DNA from: Myxococcota bacterium | Lineage (GTDB): Bacteria > Myxococcota_A > UBA796 > SXON01 | Assembly: GCA_040386535.1 (NCBI GenBank) | Contig: JAZKFH010000018.1 | Location: 1 to 64,000, forward strand | Length of the DNA: 64,000 nt | Direction of reading: 5' to 3' | In this document: piece after piece, positions 27,764-37,157 of the stretch | Layout of the letters: every line of letters starts with the position of its first letter | How positions within the stretch are numbered: the first letter of the stretch is position 1 | Program-made: the position numbers and the translations under genes | The notes under the pieces: generated by a model | Told to the model about the DNA's origin: nothing | The model's database searches: none | What the model saw: only the letters and a program-made list of their open reading frames with translations

Positions 27764-28666
27764 CTACGCCCCGCGCGCCGACCCCTTCTGCCCGTACGCG
27801 CTCCGCCGCTTCATCGCCTCGCCGCGCCGTTCGCGGCGCAACGTGTGGCCCACGCCCTCGGCGGGGCCGTAGCCCTCGCTCTCGAGCACTTGCGGGCGCG
27901 AGGGCGCGACCACCCAGGCCACGAGATCGCGCCCGAGGCGGTCGCCGCCGGGCTCCCACGGGGGCATGTGGCCGAGGTCGTCGTAGCGCCAGGTGACCGC
28001 CTCGTACAGATCTCCCAACAAACGCGCCTGCCGCCAGGGCACCAGCGTGTCGCGGGCGCCGAGCGCGACGAGCACGGGCACGTTCACGCGGGCCGGATCG
28101 ACCACGGGGCGCGCGAACGCGAGGTCGCGACAGAGGCGGTTGGGCCACGGGACCACCCGCGCGTGCAGATCGCGGGCGGTCCCCTCGTCGACCAGGTCGA
28201 GCCCGACCGCGCGGTAGAGGCTCCACCCCACGCGGAGGGGCGCCCCCGCGAGCAACGACCGCGCGAGGGACAAGCCGCTCCGCAGGGCGCCGCGCGGGGG
28301 GAGCACGCGCACCTGCCCAGCCGGGAGCGGGCACACGAGCGCCACGGCGGCGAACGTGCGGCGTGTCGCCAGGATCTGCGCCACGAGGCCGCCCATGCTG
28401 TGGCCGACGATCACGGGGGTGCCGCCGATCGCGTCGAGCGCGGCCTCCACGGCCGTGACCATGTCCGCGAGGCCGATATCCGCGTCCCCCTCGGCGTGGC
28501 CCGGCATGCGGAGCGCGATGGTGCGCACCCCCGCCGCGGTGAAGGCGGGGATCCAAGGCTCCCAGAGCCACGGCCCGAGGCCGATCCCGTGCAGCAGGAC
28601 GGCGACCACCGGCGCGTCGGCAGGGCCGGAAACCACGCCCTCGAGGGGGCCGAATCGGGAGGACAT
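27764..28666 (-). CDS. Alpha/beta hydrolase
   Basis: LLHG, GHSMGG nucleophile elbow, D and GHM catalytic positions. Start ATG 28666. Confidence 0.88.
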   Translation of the reverse strand: MSSRFGPLEGVVSGPADAPVVAVLLHGIGLGPWLWEPWIPAFTAAGVRTIALRMPGHAEGDADIGLADMVTAVEAALDAIGGTPVIVGHSMGGLVAQILATRRTFAAVALVCPLPAGQVRVLPPRGALRSGLSLARSLLAGAPLRVGWSLYRAVGLDLVDEGTARDLHARVVPWPNRLCRDLAFARPVVDPARVNVPVLVALGARDTLVPWRQARLLGDLYEAVTWRYDDLGHMPPWEPGGDRLGRDLVAWVVAPSRPQVLESEGYGPAEGVGHTLRRERRGEAMKRRSAYGQKGSARGA

Positions 28667-28700
28667 CAGCGGTTCTCTACCGCGGTGGCTACGTTGCCGC

Positions 28701-29969
28701 ATGCTGCTCCTGCTCGCCGCCTGCGCCCGCCCCATCCCGCCCGCGCTCCAGATCGACCCGATCGACCTCGCCGAGGCCGCCCCCGAGCCGACCGAACCCG
28801 CCGCGCTCCTCGCCTGGATCATCGGGGACGACCCGCTCGCCCGCCGCCCCCGCCCGCCGACCCAGACCAGCGATGCGGCGCTCGCCGCCTGGAGCACGGT
28901 CGCCCGGGCCGCCGATCCGAGCCCCACCGAGTGGGCGTCCGTCGAGGCGTCGCATCGCGGCACCCCGGTCGTGGCCCTCGCCCGCGGGGCACGGCTCGCC
29001 GCCCTCGAGACCGCGCTCGCCGACCCCGCCGCCGCCCTCGGCTGGGCCGTGCCGCTGCCGGCGGGCGACCCGAGCCAGGAACAGGTCCGGCCCGCGCTCG
29101 ATTGGCTCGGCGCCAAGCCGGAGGCGCTGCTCGGCGTCGTGGAGCGCCAGGTCCTGCTCGGCTGGCTCGACGCCCCCGGCATCGAGGTCGGCGCCGCCGC
29201 ACGCGCGCTCTCGGCGCCGACCTACGATCGCGCCGCCGCCACGCCGGCCGGGGCGCTCCTGATCGCGCGCGCCGCGGCGCCCCACGACCCCGCCGCCGCC
29301 GCCGCCGGGCGCGCCGCGCTCGAGGAGGCCACCTGGCTCGCCCTGATGGGCGCCGCCGCCGACCGCGACGCGGAGCAGGTGGCGCTCAAGGCCCTCCGCA
29401 TCGAGGCCGGCACGCGCGCCGGCGTCTCCGGAGACCCTACGAACACGCTGCTCACCCGCGCGTGGCAGGGCTTCGCGGCCGACGCGGGCGCCAACGACTC
29501 CACCGGCCTCGCCCTGGTCGCGCAGGCCGCCTTGCGCTGGCGCAACGCCTGCACGGACGCGCCCTGCGGCGGGTTCGACCGCGTCGTCGTCATGGAGGGG
29601 GCCAGGCGCTGGGATCCCGCCGTGGCGCCGCTCGCGGACGCGTGGCGCGTCATCGCCGCCAAGGACGCGCTCGACCACCTCTCATCCGCCTACGACGAGC
29701 CCTCCTTTCCGCACGCGCTCGACGGCATCGTCGAGGTGCTCCTCGGCACCGGCGGCACGGTCGACCGCTCGCTCCTCCTCTACCCGCGGCCCGGGGCGCC
29801 CGTGCAGCTCGCGCTCTCCCGCGCGGCGGGCGGCGGGGACCTCACGACGCGGGAGGACCTGTTCCGCACCCTCGAAGGGCGCCTCGCGAAGCAGGCCCAC
29901 GCCGCGGCCACCACGGCGCCCGAGCGCCTCCGGGAGCCGCTCACACGCATCGCGAAGCGCGCGGAGTAG
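28701..29969 (+). CDS. Ala-rich helical lipoprotein, hypothetical
   Basis: Lipobox MLLLLAAC at 28701 and strong GC3 bias in this frame. Confidence 0.75.
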   Translation: MLLLLAACARPIPPALQIDPIDLAEAAPEPTEPAALLAWIIGDDPLARRPRPPTQTSDAALAAWSTVARAADPSPTEWASVEASHRGTPVVALARGARLAALETALADPAAALGWAVPLPAGDPSQEQVRPALDWLGAKPEALLGVVERQVLLGWLDAPGIEVGAAARALSAPTYDRAAATPAGALLIARAAAPHDPAAAAAGRAALEEATWLALMGAAADRDAEQVALKALRIEAGTRAGVSGDPTNTLLTRAWQGFAADAGANDSTGLALVAQAALRWRNACTDAPCGGFDRVVVMEGARRWDPAVAPLADAWRVIAAKDALDHLSSAYDEPSFPHALDGIVEVLLGTGGTVDRSLLLYPRPGAPVQLALSRAAGGGDLTTREDLFRTLEGRLAKQAHAAATTAPERLREPLTRIAKRAE

Positions 29970-30013
29970 CTCCGGCCGAGGCTCCCCGAGCGACCCGCCT
30001 GAAACGACCACCC

Positions 30014-30053
30014 GAAACGACGAAGGCCGCCGCGGTCACCCGCGACGGCCCTC
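30014..30053 (-). terminator. Terminator hairpin between convergent genes
   Basis: Minus-strand GAGGGCCGTCGCGG-GTGA-CCGCGGCGGCCTTC followed by GTCGTTTC. Confidence 0.6.
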
Positions 30054-30069
30054 TTGCTGATTCCGAGCG

Positions 30070-32010
30070 TCAGATACCGGAGCAGCTGTAGGTCGCCCGG
30101 ACGAAATCGATCGACGAGGCGCCCATGCAGTCGGTCACGACGAGGCTCACGTCCACCTGCTGGGTGTTCGTGCTCTCGTAGGTGGCCGCGAGGCCCGAGA
30201 CGGTGAGCGTGACGCTCTCGCCGGAGGCGGAGGAGAGCGTGCCGTACGTACCGCCGCTGGTGACGGCCCAGGCGTAGGTGAGCTCGTCGCCATCGGCGTC
30301 GGTGCTGGCCGACCCGTCGAGCGGGAAGGCGTAGCTGCTGCAGTCGTCGCACGTGTAGATCGTGCCGTACGCGGTCGACGTGCAGGTCGACGAGCCGCTG
30401 TAGGTCTGGTCGGCGCTGGCGACGGCGATCGGCGCGGAGTTCGTGGGACGCCCCACGACCGTGACGGACACGGACGCCGGCGCGGAGTCCGCGCCGCCGT
30501 CGTTCACGGTCAGCGAGAACACGTAGGTGCCCGACACGTCCGGGTTGAACGTCGGGTTCTCGGAGGTCGGCGTGTTGATGTCGGCGGTGGTCCGCGTCGA
30601 ACCGCCGGGGGCGCTGGTGAGCGACCAGCTGTAGGTCAGGTCGGCGTCCTCGATGTCGTAGGAGCCAGCCGAGGACAGCAGGATGTCGTCACACGAGTAG
30701 CCGGTGCCCGTGGAGGTCGCGACGCCCACCGGAGCGGTCTCCTCGTCGCCGTCACAGTCGTTGTCGGCCGTGTCCGTGCCTTCCCATGCGTCGGGGTAGG
30801 TCGTGGTGTCGTCGTCGTCACAGTCGCCCTGGTCGGGCGTGTAGCCGTCGCCGTCGTGATCGAGGGTCGAGCAGTACTCGTTGGACGCGCCCGGCGAGCC
30901 CTTGTCGCCCGTCGGATCGTCGGACCAGAGCAGCGTGGCGACGCACCAGATCGCGTAGTCGTCGTTGGTGATCGCCGAGTAGTTGCCGAGGTCGACGCCC
31001 ATCGACGCGCCGTCGGGGTCGGGCATCAGCGCGCCGTCGTCCCAGCTGACCGTGTCGAGGACGACGCCGTCGGCCACCAGCACGAGCTCGTCGGACTCGT
31101 TCGAGAGCACGGTCTGGTCGTAGACGTAGCCGACCGACACGTCCCCGTTGGTGGACGTGTTGTCGTTCTGGGCGAAGACGAAGAACTCGCCCGGCTCGAC
31201 GATCACCAAGTCACGGGACCGCACCATGTGCTCGTCCCCGTCGATCGAGGAGCTGATGACGAGGCCGTTCAGGATGAGCGTACGGTCGGAGGCGTTGTAG
31301 ACCTCGAACCACTCGCCGTCGGGGTCGGCCACCTGGGCGGGGTTGGTCATGATCTCGGTGACGGCCAGGTCACCTTCGGCCCACTCGCCTTCATCCACGA
31401 GGCCGTCACAGTCGTTGTCGACGAGGTCGCCCGTGGTCTCGGAGGAGCCGGGGCCGACGGCGGCGTCCGCGTCGTCACAGTCGGCCGCGACGGCGTCGCT
31501 GCCGCACTGGGTGGCGCCGTCGCCGTCGGCGTCGAAGCCCTCGTCGATGCGACCGTCCGCGTTGTTGTCCACGCCGTCACAGGACTCGGTGCCGACACAG
31601 TCGGCCACGCCGTCCGCATCCTCGTCCGCGTAGCCCTCGTCGATCTGGAGGTCACCGTCGTTGTCGACGCCGTCACATTCCTCGATGTCCATGCAGTCGG
31701 CGGTGCCGTCGGCGTCCGCGTCGGCGATGCCCTCGTCGATCACGCCGTTGCAGTTGTTGTCGAGGCCGTCACAATCCTCGGCGCGGCCCGGGTAGAGCGC
31801 GGCGTCCGCGTCGTCACAATCGCCGTCCGCCTCGGTGACACCGTCCCCGTCGGCATCGACTGGCTGGGGGTACGTGTCGGTGTCGGTACCCGCCGAGTCC
31901 GTAGAGGCGGACTCGTCCGTCTTGCCGTCCGCAGGCCCATCACAGCCGGGCAGACCGACGACCAGCAGGGCGAAGAGAAGGGAAGAGGCGGCATGGGTCA
32001 TGCGGGTCAT
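30070..32010 (-). CDS. Secreted protein with DxDGDG-DCDD (MopE-like) repeats, lamin-tail domain and PKD/Ig-like domains
   Basis: Repeated CDG(V/L)DN(N/D)CDG..DEG, ITEIMTNP..DGEWFEVYN (LTD-like), and LTYSWSL..FNPDVSGTY.FSLTVND. Confidence 0.88.
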   Translation of the reverse strand: MTRMTHAASSLLFALLVVGLPGCDGPADGKTDESASTDSAGTDTDTYPQPVDADGDGVTEADGDCDDADAALYPGRAEDCDGLDNNCNGVIDEGIADADADGTADCMDIEECDGVDNDGDLQIDEGYADEDADGVADCVGTESCDGVDNNADGRIDEGFDADGDGATQCGSDAVAADCDDADAAVGPGSSETTGDLVDNDCDGLVDEGEWAEGDLAVTEIMTNPAQVADPDGEWFEVYNASDRTLILNGLVISSSIDGDEHMVRSRDLVIVEPGEFFVFAQNDNTSTNGDVSVGYVYDQTVLSNESDELVLVADGVVLDTVSWDDGALMPDPDGASMGVDLGNYSAITNDDYAIWCVATLLWSDDPTGDKGSPGASNEYCSTLDHDGDGYTPDQGDCDDDDTTTYPDAWEGTDTADNDCDGDEETAPVGVATSTGTGYSCDDILLSSAGSYDIEDADLTYSWSLTSAPGGSTRTTADINTPTSENPTFNPDVSGTYVFSLTVNDGGADSAPASVSVTVVGRPTNSAPIAVASADQTYSGSSTCTSTAYGTIYTCDDCSSYAFPLDGSASTDADGDELTYAWAVTSGGTYGTLSSASGESVTLTVSGLAATYESTNTQQVDVSLVVTDCMGASSIDFVRATYSCSGI

Positions 32011-32145
32011 CGAGGCTCCGGATGGGGGGCGCGGGAGAGGCGCACATGGCACGATAGACGATCAACATTCGGTTGTCATCCGATCGTCAAGACAGCCTCA
32101 ACTTTCGTCGCGCGAGCGTCGCGCAGATTTCCCGCCCGCGGTCCC

Positions 32146-32173
32146 TTGACGCGATCTCGGGTCCGGTTAATAG
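32146..32173 (+). promoter_or_regulatory. Sigma-70-type promoter of tRNA-Gly
   Basis: TTGACG-N16-TAATAG just upstream of the tRNA. Confidence 0.6.
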
Positions 32174-32186
32174 GGGGTCACCCAGC

Positions 32187-32262
32187 GCGGGAGTAACTCA
32201 GTTGGTAGAGTGCAACGTTGCCAACGTTGTTGTCGCCGGTTCAAGTCCGGTCTCCCGCTCCA
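32187..32262 (+). tRNA. tRNA-Gly (GCC)
   Basis: Acceptor GCGGGAG/CTCCCGC, anticodon arm CAACG-TTGCCAA-CGTTG, TTCAAG T-loop, encoded CCA. Confidence 0.97.
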
Positions 32263-32266
32263 CCTA

Positions 32267-32311
32267 AAGAACGCCGGTCTCCTTCACGGGAGGCCGGCGT
32301 TCTTCGTTTTT
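32267..32311 (+). terminator. Rho-independent terminator after tRNA-Gly (probably bidirectional)
   Basis: AAGAACGCCGGTCTCC-TTCACG-GGAGGCCGGCGTTCTT followed by CGTTTTT. Confidence 0.85.
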
Positions 32312-32336
32312 GCTCCGGTGTCGTCGCCGCATCGCG

Positions 32337-32368
32337 CCGACCGACCGACCGACCGACCGACCCACCGA
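32337..32368. repeat. (CCGA)n simple sequence repeat
   Basis: Six perfect CCGA units followed by a degenerate tail, intergenic. Confidence 0.85.
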
Positions 32369-32391
32369 GCACTGCGCCCGCGGCCGCCCCG

Positions 32392-33588
32392 CTACGACGG
32401 GCCCGCGGCCTTTCCGTCGTGAAACCGCCGTCCCTTCCAGGTCGTCTCGACGGCGAACACGGCGCGCAGGAGCACGGCGCCGAGGACGAGGTTGCCCAGC
32501 GGGTGCGACCACGCGTACCACCCGCCGCGGCCGTCCACCCGCTCGACGCGCCAGCGGAACAGCACGGGGAGCGCGCAGACCAGCGCGATCCACGCCACCC
32601 AGAAGCCCACCGGGTCGAGCCCCGTGAGGAGCGCGGCGGGCCGGGCGATCACGATGGCGAGGAAGACCCACGGCGCCACGGAGCCGATGAAGAGGAACAG
32701 GAGCGCGCCCAGCGCCAGCAGCGGGCGCCGGTCCATCCCCTCGTAGAGGTTCTTTCCGTAGCCGCGCAGGATCTCGCCGAGCGAGCGGTACAGCCGAACC
32801 CGGAACAGCTCGGGCGCGGCGTACAGCCCGAGCGCGTGGCCCCGCTGCTTGGCGGCCCGGGCGATGCGGACGTCCTCGAGCACCTCGCCCCGCACGGCCC
32901 CGTGCCCGCCGATGGCGTCGTAGGTGGCACGGTCGAAGAGCAGGAACTGCCCGTTCGCGAACGCCTCGGGGCGTCCGGGGGTGTTGACCGCGCTCACGTC
33001 GGTCGCGCCCCGGATGAACCAGCCGATGACGGGAATGGCGACACGCTCCCAGAACGACTCGAGGCGCCACGTGCCGAAGAGGCTCAACATGCCGAGGCGC
33101 CGCTCCGTCAGCACGTTCGCGGCGTGGCGGGCGGCCGCGGGGGCGAGCTCCACGTCGGCGTCGAGGAAGAGCAGATGCGTTCCAGCGGCCTCGGCGGCGG
33201 CGCGCTGGCAGGCCCACGGTTTGCCCGCCCAACCGGGGGGCGGCGGCGTGTTGCGCACCACGCGCAGCCGCGGATCGTCGGGGGCCACGGCCCGGGCGAC
33301 ATCGCCGGTGCCGTCGGTCGAGCCGTCGTCCACCACGATGACCTCGACGTCCGCGTGATCCTGGGCGAGCGCGGCGCGCACGCACGCAGCGATCTGGTGC
33401 GCCTCGTCGCGCGCCGGCACGCAGATCGACAGGCGCGGGAGGGGCGCCCCGCCCCCGTTCAGGGCGGGCAGGGCGTTCTTGCGGTGCCACAGGCCGACGC
33501 CCGCGATCATCGCGCCCCACAACAACGTGAGCATCCCGAGGTAGCCCCCGAGCAACACCGCCGAGAACCCGGCGTCTCCCCAGCGCAT
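32392..33588 (-). CDS. Membrane GT2 glycosyltransferase (CrtQ/HpnB-like)
   Basis: PARDEA, VDDGSTDGT, GWAGKPWAC, FLDAD, ANGQFLL, VLED, and C-terminal TWKGR. Confidence 0.9.
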   Translation of the reverse strand: MRWGDAGFSAVLLGGYLGMLTLLWGAMIAGVGLWHRKNALPALNGGGAPLPRLSICVPARDEAHQIAACVRAALAQDHADVEVIVVDDGSTDGTGDVARAVAPDDPRLRVVRNTPPPPGWAGKPWACQRAAAEAAGTHLLFLDADVELAPAAARHAANVLTERRLGMLSLFGTWRLESFWERVAIPVIGWFIRGATDVSAVNTPGRPEAFANGQFLLFDRATYDAIGGHGAVRGEVLEDVRIARAAKQRGHALGLYAAPELFRVRLYRSLGEILRGYGKNLYEGMDRRPLLALGALLFLFIGSVAPWVFLAIVIARPAALLTGLDPVGFWVAWIALVCALPVLFRWRVERVDGRGGWYAWSHPLGNLVLGAVLLRAVFAVETTWKGRRFHDGKAAGPS

Positions 33589-34682
33589 CAAATCGGCTCC
33601 AGGCGGCCACCGCGGGCCTCCGCACGTCCACACCCCGGCGGCAGATCCAGCCGCGTCAGCACCTGCGCGGGGTCGCCGAGGACCTCGAGCCCCGCGGGGA
33701 TCACGCGGCCGGGGGCCACGCGGATGCCGCTCGCGAGCACGGCGCCATCGCCCACGCACACGCCGCAGAGCCCATGGGGCGCGGGCCGCAGCTCGCTCCC
33801 GACACGCACGCGGACGGCCTGCCCGAAGGCCATGTCCATCAGGATCGCGCCGTGTTTGACGGTGGCGCCCCGGCCCACGACCCCGAGCTGCATGATCCCC
33901 GCGAAGGCGGCGCCCGCCTCGATCACCGAGAACTTCGCCATCGCGAGGCGCTGCACGCGCGCGCCCGCGCCGAGCACGGAGCCCTCGACGAGCGCGAGCT
34001 CCTCGACGACGGCGTCGTCCCCGAGCACCGCCCCGCGCACGACCGCGCCGGCGCCCACCCGCGCCCGCGCGCCGAGGATGCACCCCTCTACGGTCGCGGT
34101 GCGGTGCACGCGCGCGCCGGGTCCGAGGCGGTTCAGGCGCGCGGCCACGTCCTCGGGGGCGATCGATCCCGCGCGCAGGGCCGCCCAGCCGAGCCGGAAC
34201 GGCGCCACCGCGGCGCCCCCGACGAGGCGCCCCCACAGAAAGGGGCCGAGCGTGAGCAGGTTGGCCCAGAGCAGCTGGGTCCAGTGTCCGACCGGGAACA
34301 CCCAGTCGTCCGCCACCCGGACGGGGCCGGAGGGGAGCGTCACGCCGGGGAGCACGCGTTCGTGCGCGTCGAAGCGCCGCTCCGGCGCCGCGAGCGCACG
34401 CGCCATCCGCTCTTCGGGGGTGCCGCCGGCGTCCGCGAGCCGCGCCAGCCACACGGGCGCGTCGGTGAGCGCGGCGATCGGTCCGAGCAGCGCCATCTCC
34501 GGCACGCCCCGCACCTCGCCGCCCAGCGCCGCGACCGCGGCCGCGGCCGAGGCCGACCACACGAGCCCCGGCGGCACGACGAGCCCCGGTGCCGCCGTCG
34601 CGGCACGCCACTCCGCGATCGTGCCCGTGAGGAAGGTGCGCTCCCCCAACGGCCCCGCGAGGCCCTCGCAGGTCTCGGTCAC
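33588..34682 (-). CDS. Protein with left-handed beta-helix (hexapeptide) repeats
   Basis: ILGARARVGAGAVVRGAVLGDDAVVE..VLGAGARV, CVGDGAVL. GTG start overlaps the upstream TGA. Confidence 0.75.
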   Translation of the reverse strand: MTETCEGLAGPLGERTFLTGTIAEWRAATAAPGLVVPPGLVWSASAAAAVAALGGEVRGVPEMALLGPIAALTDAPVWLARLADAGGTPEERMARALAAPERRFDAHERVLPGVTLPSGPVRVADDWVFPVGHWTQLLWANLLTLGPFLWGRLVGGAAVAPFRLGWAALRAGSIAPEDVAARLNRLGPGARVHRTATVEGCILGARARVGAGAVVRGAVLGDDAVVEELALVEGSVLGAGARVQRLAMAKFSVIEAGAAFAGIMQLGVVGRGATVKHGAILMDMAFGQAVRVRVGSELRPAPHGLCGVCVGDGAVLASGIRVAPGRVIPAGLEVLGDPAQVLTRLDLPPGCGRAEARGGRLEPI

Positions 34683-36307
34683 CACAGCTTGTAGACGCGC
34701 ACGCCGTCTCCCTCCGCGATCGGGCTGAACGCCTGCTTGAGCGCGCGCACGGCCGTGTCGTGCATGTCGGGGCGCGCCATCGCGTCGATGTGCACGACGA
34801 GGTAGCGCACGCCCTGCTGGCGGGCCTTGGCGCTCACGGCGCCGGCGAGCACCTCGGGCGCGGCGTCGACGTTGTTCAACGCCTCCTTCCACACCTTCCG
34901 CGACGCGTTGTTGTTGGGGAAGTTGAGCCCGCCGGTGAGCGGCTTCCGGTGCACGGTCTGCTCGTACAGATAGGCGCGGCCGCCCGCGACCGGGAAGTTC
35001 ATCAACGCGCCCTCCGGCTCGCTCGCGAGGGCCACGATCGCCGCGGGCACGGTGGCATCGGTGGTCTCCCGCTGCCCGGCCATCGGCGAGACCCAAACCG
35101 TCTCCGCGATCGCGGCGATGCCGACCAGCGCCGCGATCCCGGCGCGCCCGCCGGCGGCCCGGCCCGCGAGGACCGCCACGGCGAGCACCGTGAGCTGGGC
35201 GAGGCGCCAGAGCAACGACAACGACGAGAAGCCCGGGAGCTGCTCGACGAGGAAGTACGGGAGCGGCACGGCGAGGTTGCCGGAGAAGATCACGGGCGCG
35301 CCCTTCTGCGCGAGGACCGGGCCGCAGGCGAGCGCGGCGGCGACGAGCGCGCCGGCCCACCACACCCCGGTGCCGCGGCGCGACCGGAGGGCCGCCAGCA
35401 TCGCGAGGATGCCGACCCAGCCGAGGTAGTGGCAGTGGATGTACTGCTCCCCGTAGCGGGACAGCTCCCGGAAATCGGGCGAGCGGTAGTCCCCCGGGAG
35501 CACGAACCCCATCGGATCGGCGGGCCCGATGGTGCGCCGCACGGTCGCGATCTCGCGGTCCGTCTTGATCCCGACGACATTGTCCTCGGTCGTGGCAGCG
35601 CTCCGGGCGAGCCAGGCCACCGGGAGCACCAGGACACACGCGAGCCCCACCGCCGCCACGAGCGTCCCGACACGCGGCCGGGTCCGCGCCCGCAGGAGCA
35701 TGAGGCCGGCCAGCAGGAAGATGCCGACGCCCGCGTACCAGTGCGCCACGGTGGTGAGCGCCACGGCGAGGCTCGCCAGGCCCACGTTCCGGGCGGTCGG
35801 CGCTTGCTCGAGGCGCACCAGCCGAAGCGCCGCCCAGGCCATCCACCCGGTCCCCACGGCCTCGCTCGCGCCGTTGTGGACATGCGCCATCAGCATCGGC
35901 GCGCTCGCATAGAGCGTGCCCGCGACCCAGCCGGCCCAGGGGCGATCGGGCGAGACGGCCTCACCCAGCCGGTGCGCGGCGACCCCGGCGAACGTGAGGT
36001 GGCCGAGGACCAGGACGGTCCAGGTGGCGGCCACGCCGAGCAGGGGAAGCAGCGGGAGGGCGAGCAGCGCGTTCACCGGATCCGCCACCCAGAGCACGCC
36101 GCCGGTCGGGTGATCGAGCAGGCCGTCCACCCGGTACGGGAGCTGGCCGCCGCTCACCCGCACCCAGACGTACCAGAGGGACCACAGGGTGTCCCAGAGG
36201 TCCGTACGGTCCGCCCCGGGGAGATGCCGCACCGGATGGAGGGCCGCGGGCCACGTGAGCACGACCGCGAGGGCCATGTAGACGGGGACGGGGAGGAGGC
36301 GGCGCAT
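34679..36307 (-). CDS. Polytopic membrane protein, GT-C/YfhO-like
   Basis: Many TM segments, an early periplasmic D-containing loop (DRTDLWD), and C-terminal YEQTVHRKPL..GVRYLVVH. Confidence 0.75.
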   Translation of the reverse strand: MRRLLPVPVYMALAVVLTWPAALHPVRHLPGADRTDLWDTLWSLWYVWVRVSGGQLPYRVDGLLDHPTGGVLWVADPVNALLALPLLPLLGVAATWTVLVLGHLTFAGVAAHRLGEAVSPDRPWAGWVAGTLYASAPMLMAHVHNGASEAVGTGWMAWAALRLVRLEQAPTARNVGLASLAVALTTVAHWYAGVGIFLLAGLMLLRARTRPRVGTLVAAVGLACVLVLPVAWLARSAATTEDNVVGIKTDREIATVRRTIGPADPMGFVLPGDYRSPDFRELSRYGEQYIHCHYLGWVGILAMLAALRSRRGTGVWWAGALVAAALACGPVLAQKGAPVIFSGNLAVPLPYFLVEQLPGFSSLSLLWRLAQLTVLAVAVLAGRAAGGRAGIAALVGIAAIAETVWVSPMAGQRETTDATVPAAIVALASEPEGALMNFPVAGGRAYLYEQTVHRKPLTGGLNFPNNNASRKVWKEALNNVDAAPEVLAGAVSAKARQQGVRYLVVHIDAMARPDMHDTAVRALKQAFSPIAEGDGVRVYKLW

Positions 36308-36416
36308 GCGCAGGTCGTATTGGGTGTGAGCGTTGTCCGCCGCGACGCGGCGGCCGTCAAGCCCGAGGCCCGCTGGGCGCTGAGCGCGAGGCCCCGAGGG
36401 ACTTCTCCCCCGTCGT

Positions 36417-36590
36417 TATGGACAACCAGTGCCGACCCGGTGCCGGACACGTAGAGAACAGAGCAAAGCAGCCACCTGCAGACGGTATGCTCAGTTTTTG
36501 AGCACAACCTTAGTGTTGTGATATCAGATCATTACGACAGATTCAACCAGTTACGCACCCCCGCACCGACTTATCCATAGCTGTGGACAA
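36417..36590. promoter_or_regulatory. Cluster of DnaA-box-like and IHF-like sites in an AT-richer intergenic region
   Basis: TTATCCATA at 36571, TGTGGACAA at 36582, TATGGACAA at 36417. WATCAANNNNTTR-like sites at 36522 and 36541. Confidence 0.5.
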
Positions 36591-36656
36591 ATCGCGGGCC
36601 GTGCCGCCGGTAGACCATCAGATTACGGGGCCGTCCGCTTCCCCCCGAGGTCCCTC

Positions 36657-37118
36657 ATGTTCCGCACCGTTCTCCTCGTCACGACGCTCCTCCTCGCCGC
36701 TTGCGGCGCCAAGAAGTCCGAGCCCGCCAAGGCCGGCGCCGACGCTCCCGCGCAGGAGTCGATCGAGGGCGCCAAGTTCCCGGACGACGCCACGAGCAAG
36801 TCGTTCGCCGAGAAGCTCATCAAGTTCGAGGCCAAGGACTTCAAGCCGACCGACGCCACCGGGCCGAAGTTCGTCTACAAGACGGTCGACTTCAAGGCCG
36901 ACAACACCTGGTGGGCCATGGCCGAGATGTCCGCCGACGGTGAGGTCATCGAGTGCAAGGAGCAGGGCACCTGGGAGATGGATGCCGCGGCCGACGAGCA
37001 CACCGCCCCCATGACGTTGAAGCTCAACCGGACCACCTGCGCCGGCCGCCCCGAGGACAGCGTCCTCCGCCTCAAGGTGAACATCGACAAGGGCGAGTAC
37101 CGGATCGTGTTCCGCTAG
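36657..37118 (+). CDS. Lipoprotein, hypothetical
   Basis: Lipobox LLLAAC, GAGG RBS, strong codon bias. Confidence 0.85.
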   Translation: MFRTVLLVTTLLLAACGAKKSEPAKAGADAPAQESIEGAKFPDDATSKSFAEKLIKFEAKDFKPTDATGPKFVYKTVDFKADNTWWAMAEMSADGEVIECKEQGTWEMDAAADEHTAPMTLKLNRTTCAGRPEDSVLRLKVNIDKGEYRIVFR

Positions 37119-37157
37119 TCGACACAGGGCGCCTCTTGCGGGGCGCCCGCGTCCTGC

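Noticed and set aside
32337..32368. (CCGA)n as a phase-variation switch
   Set aside because: It lies between convergent 3' ends, outside any CDS or promoter.
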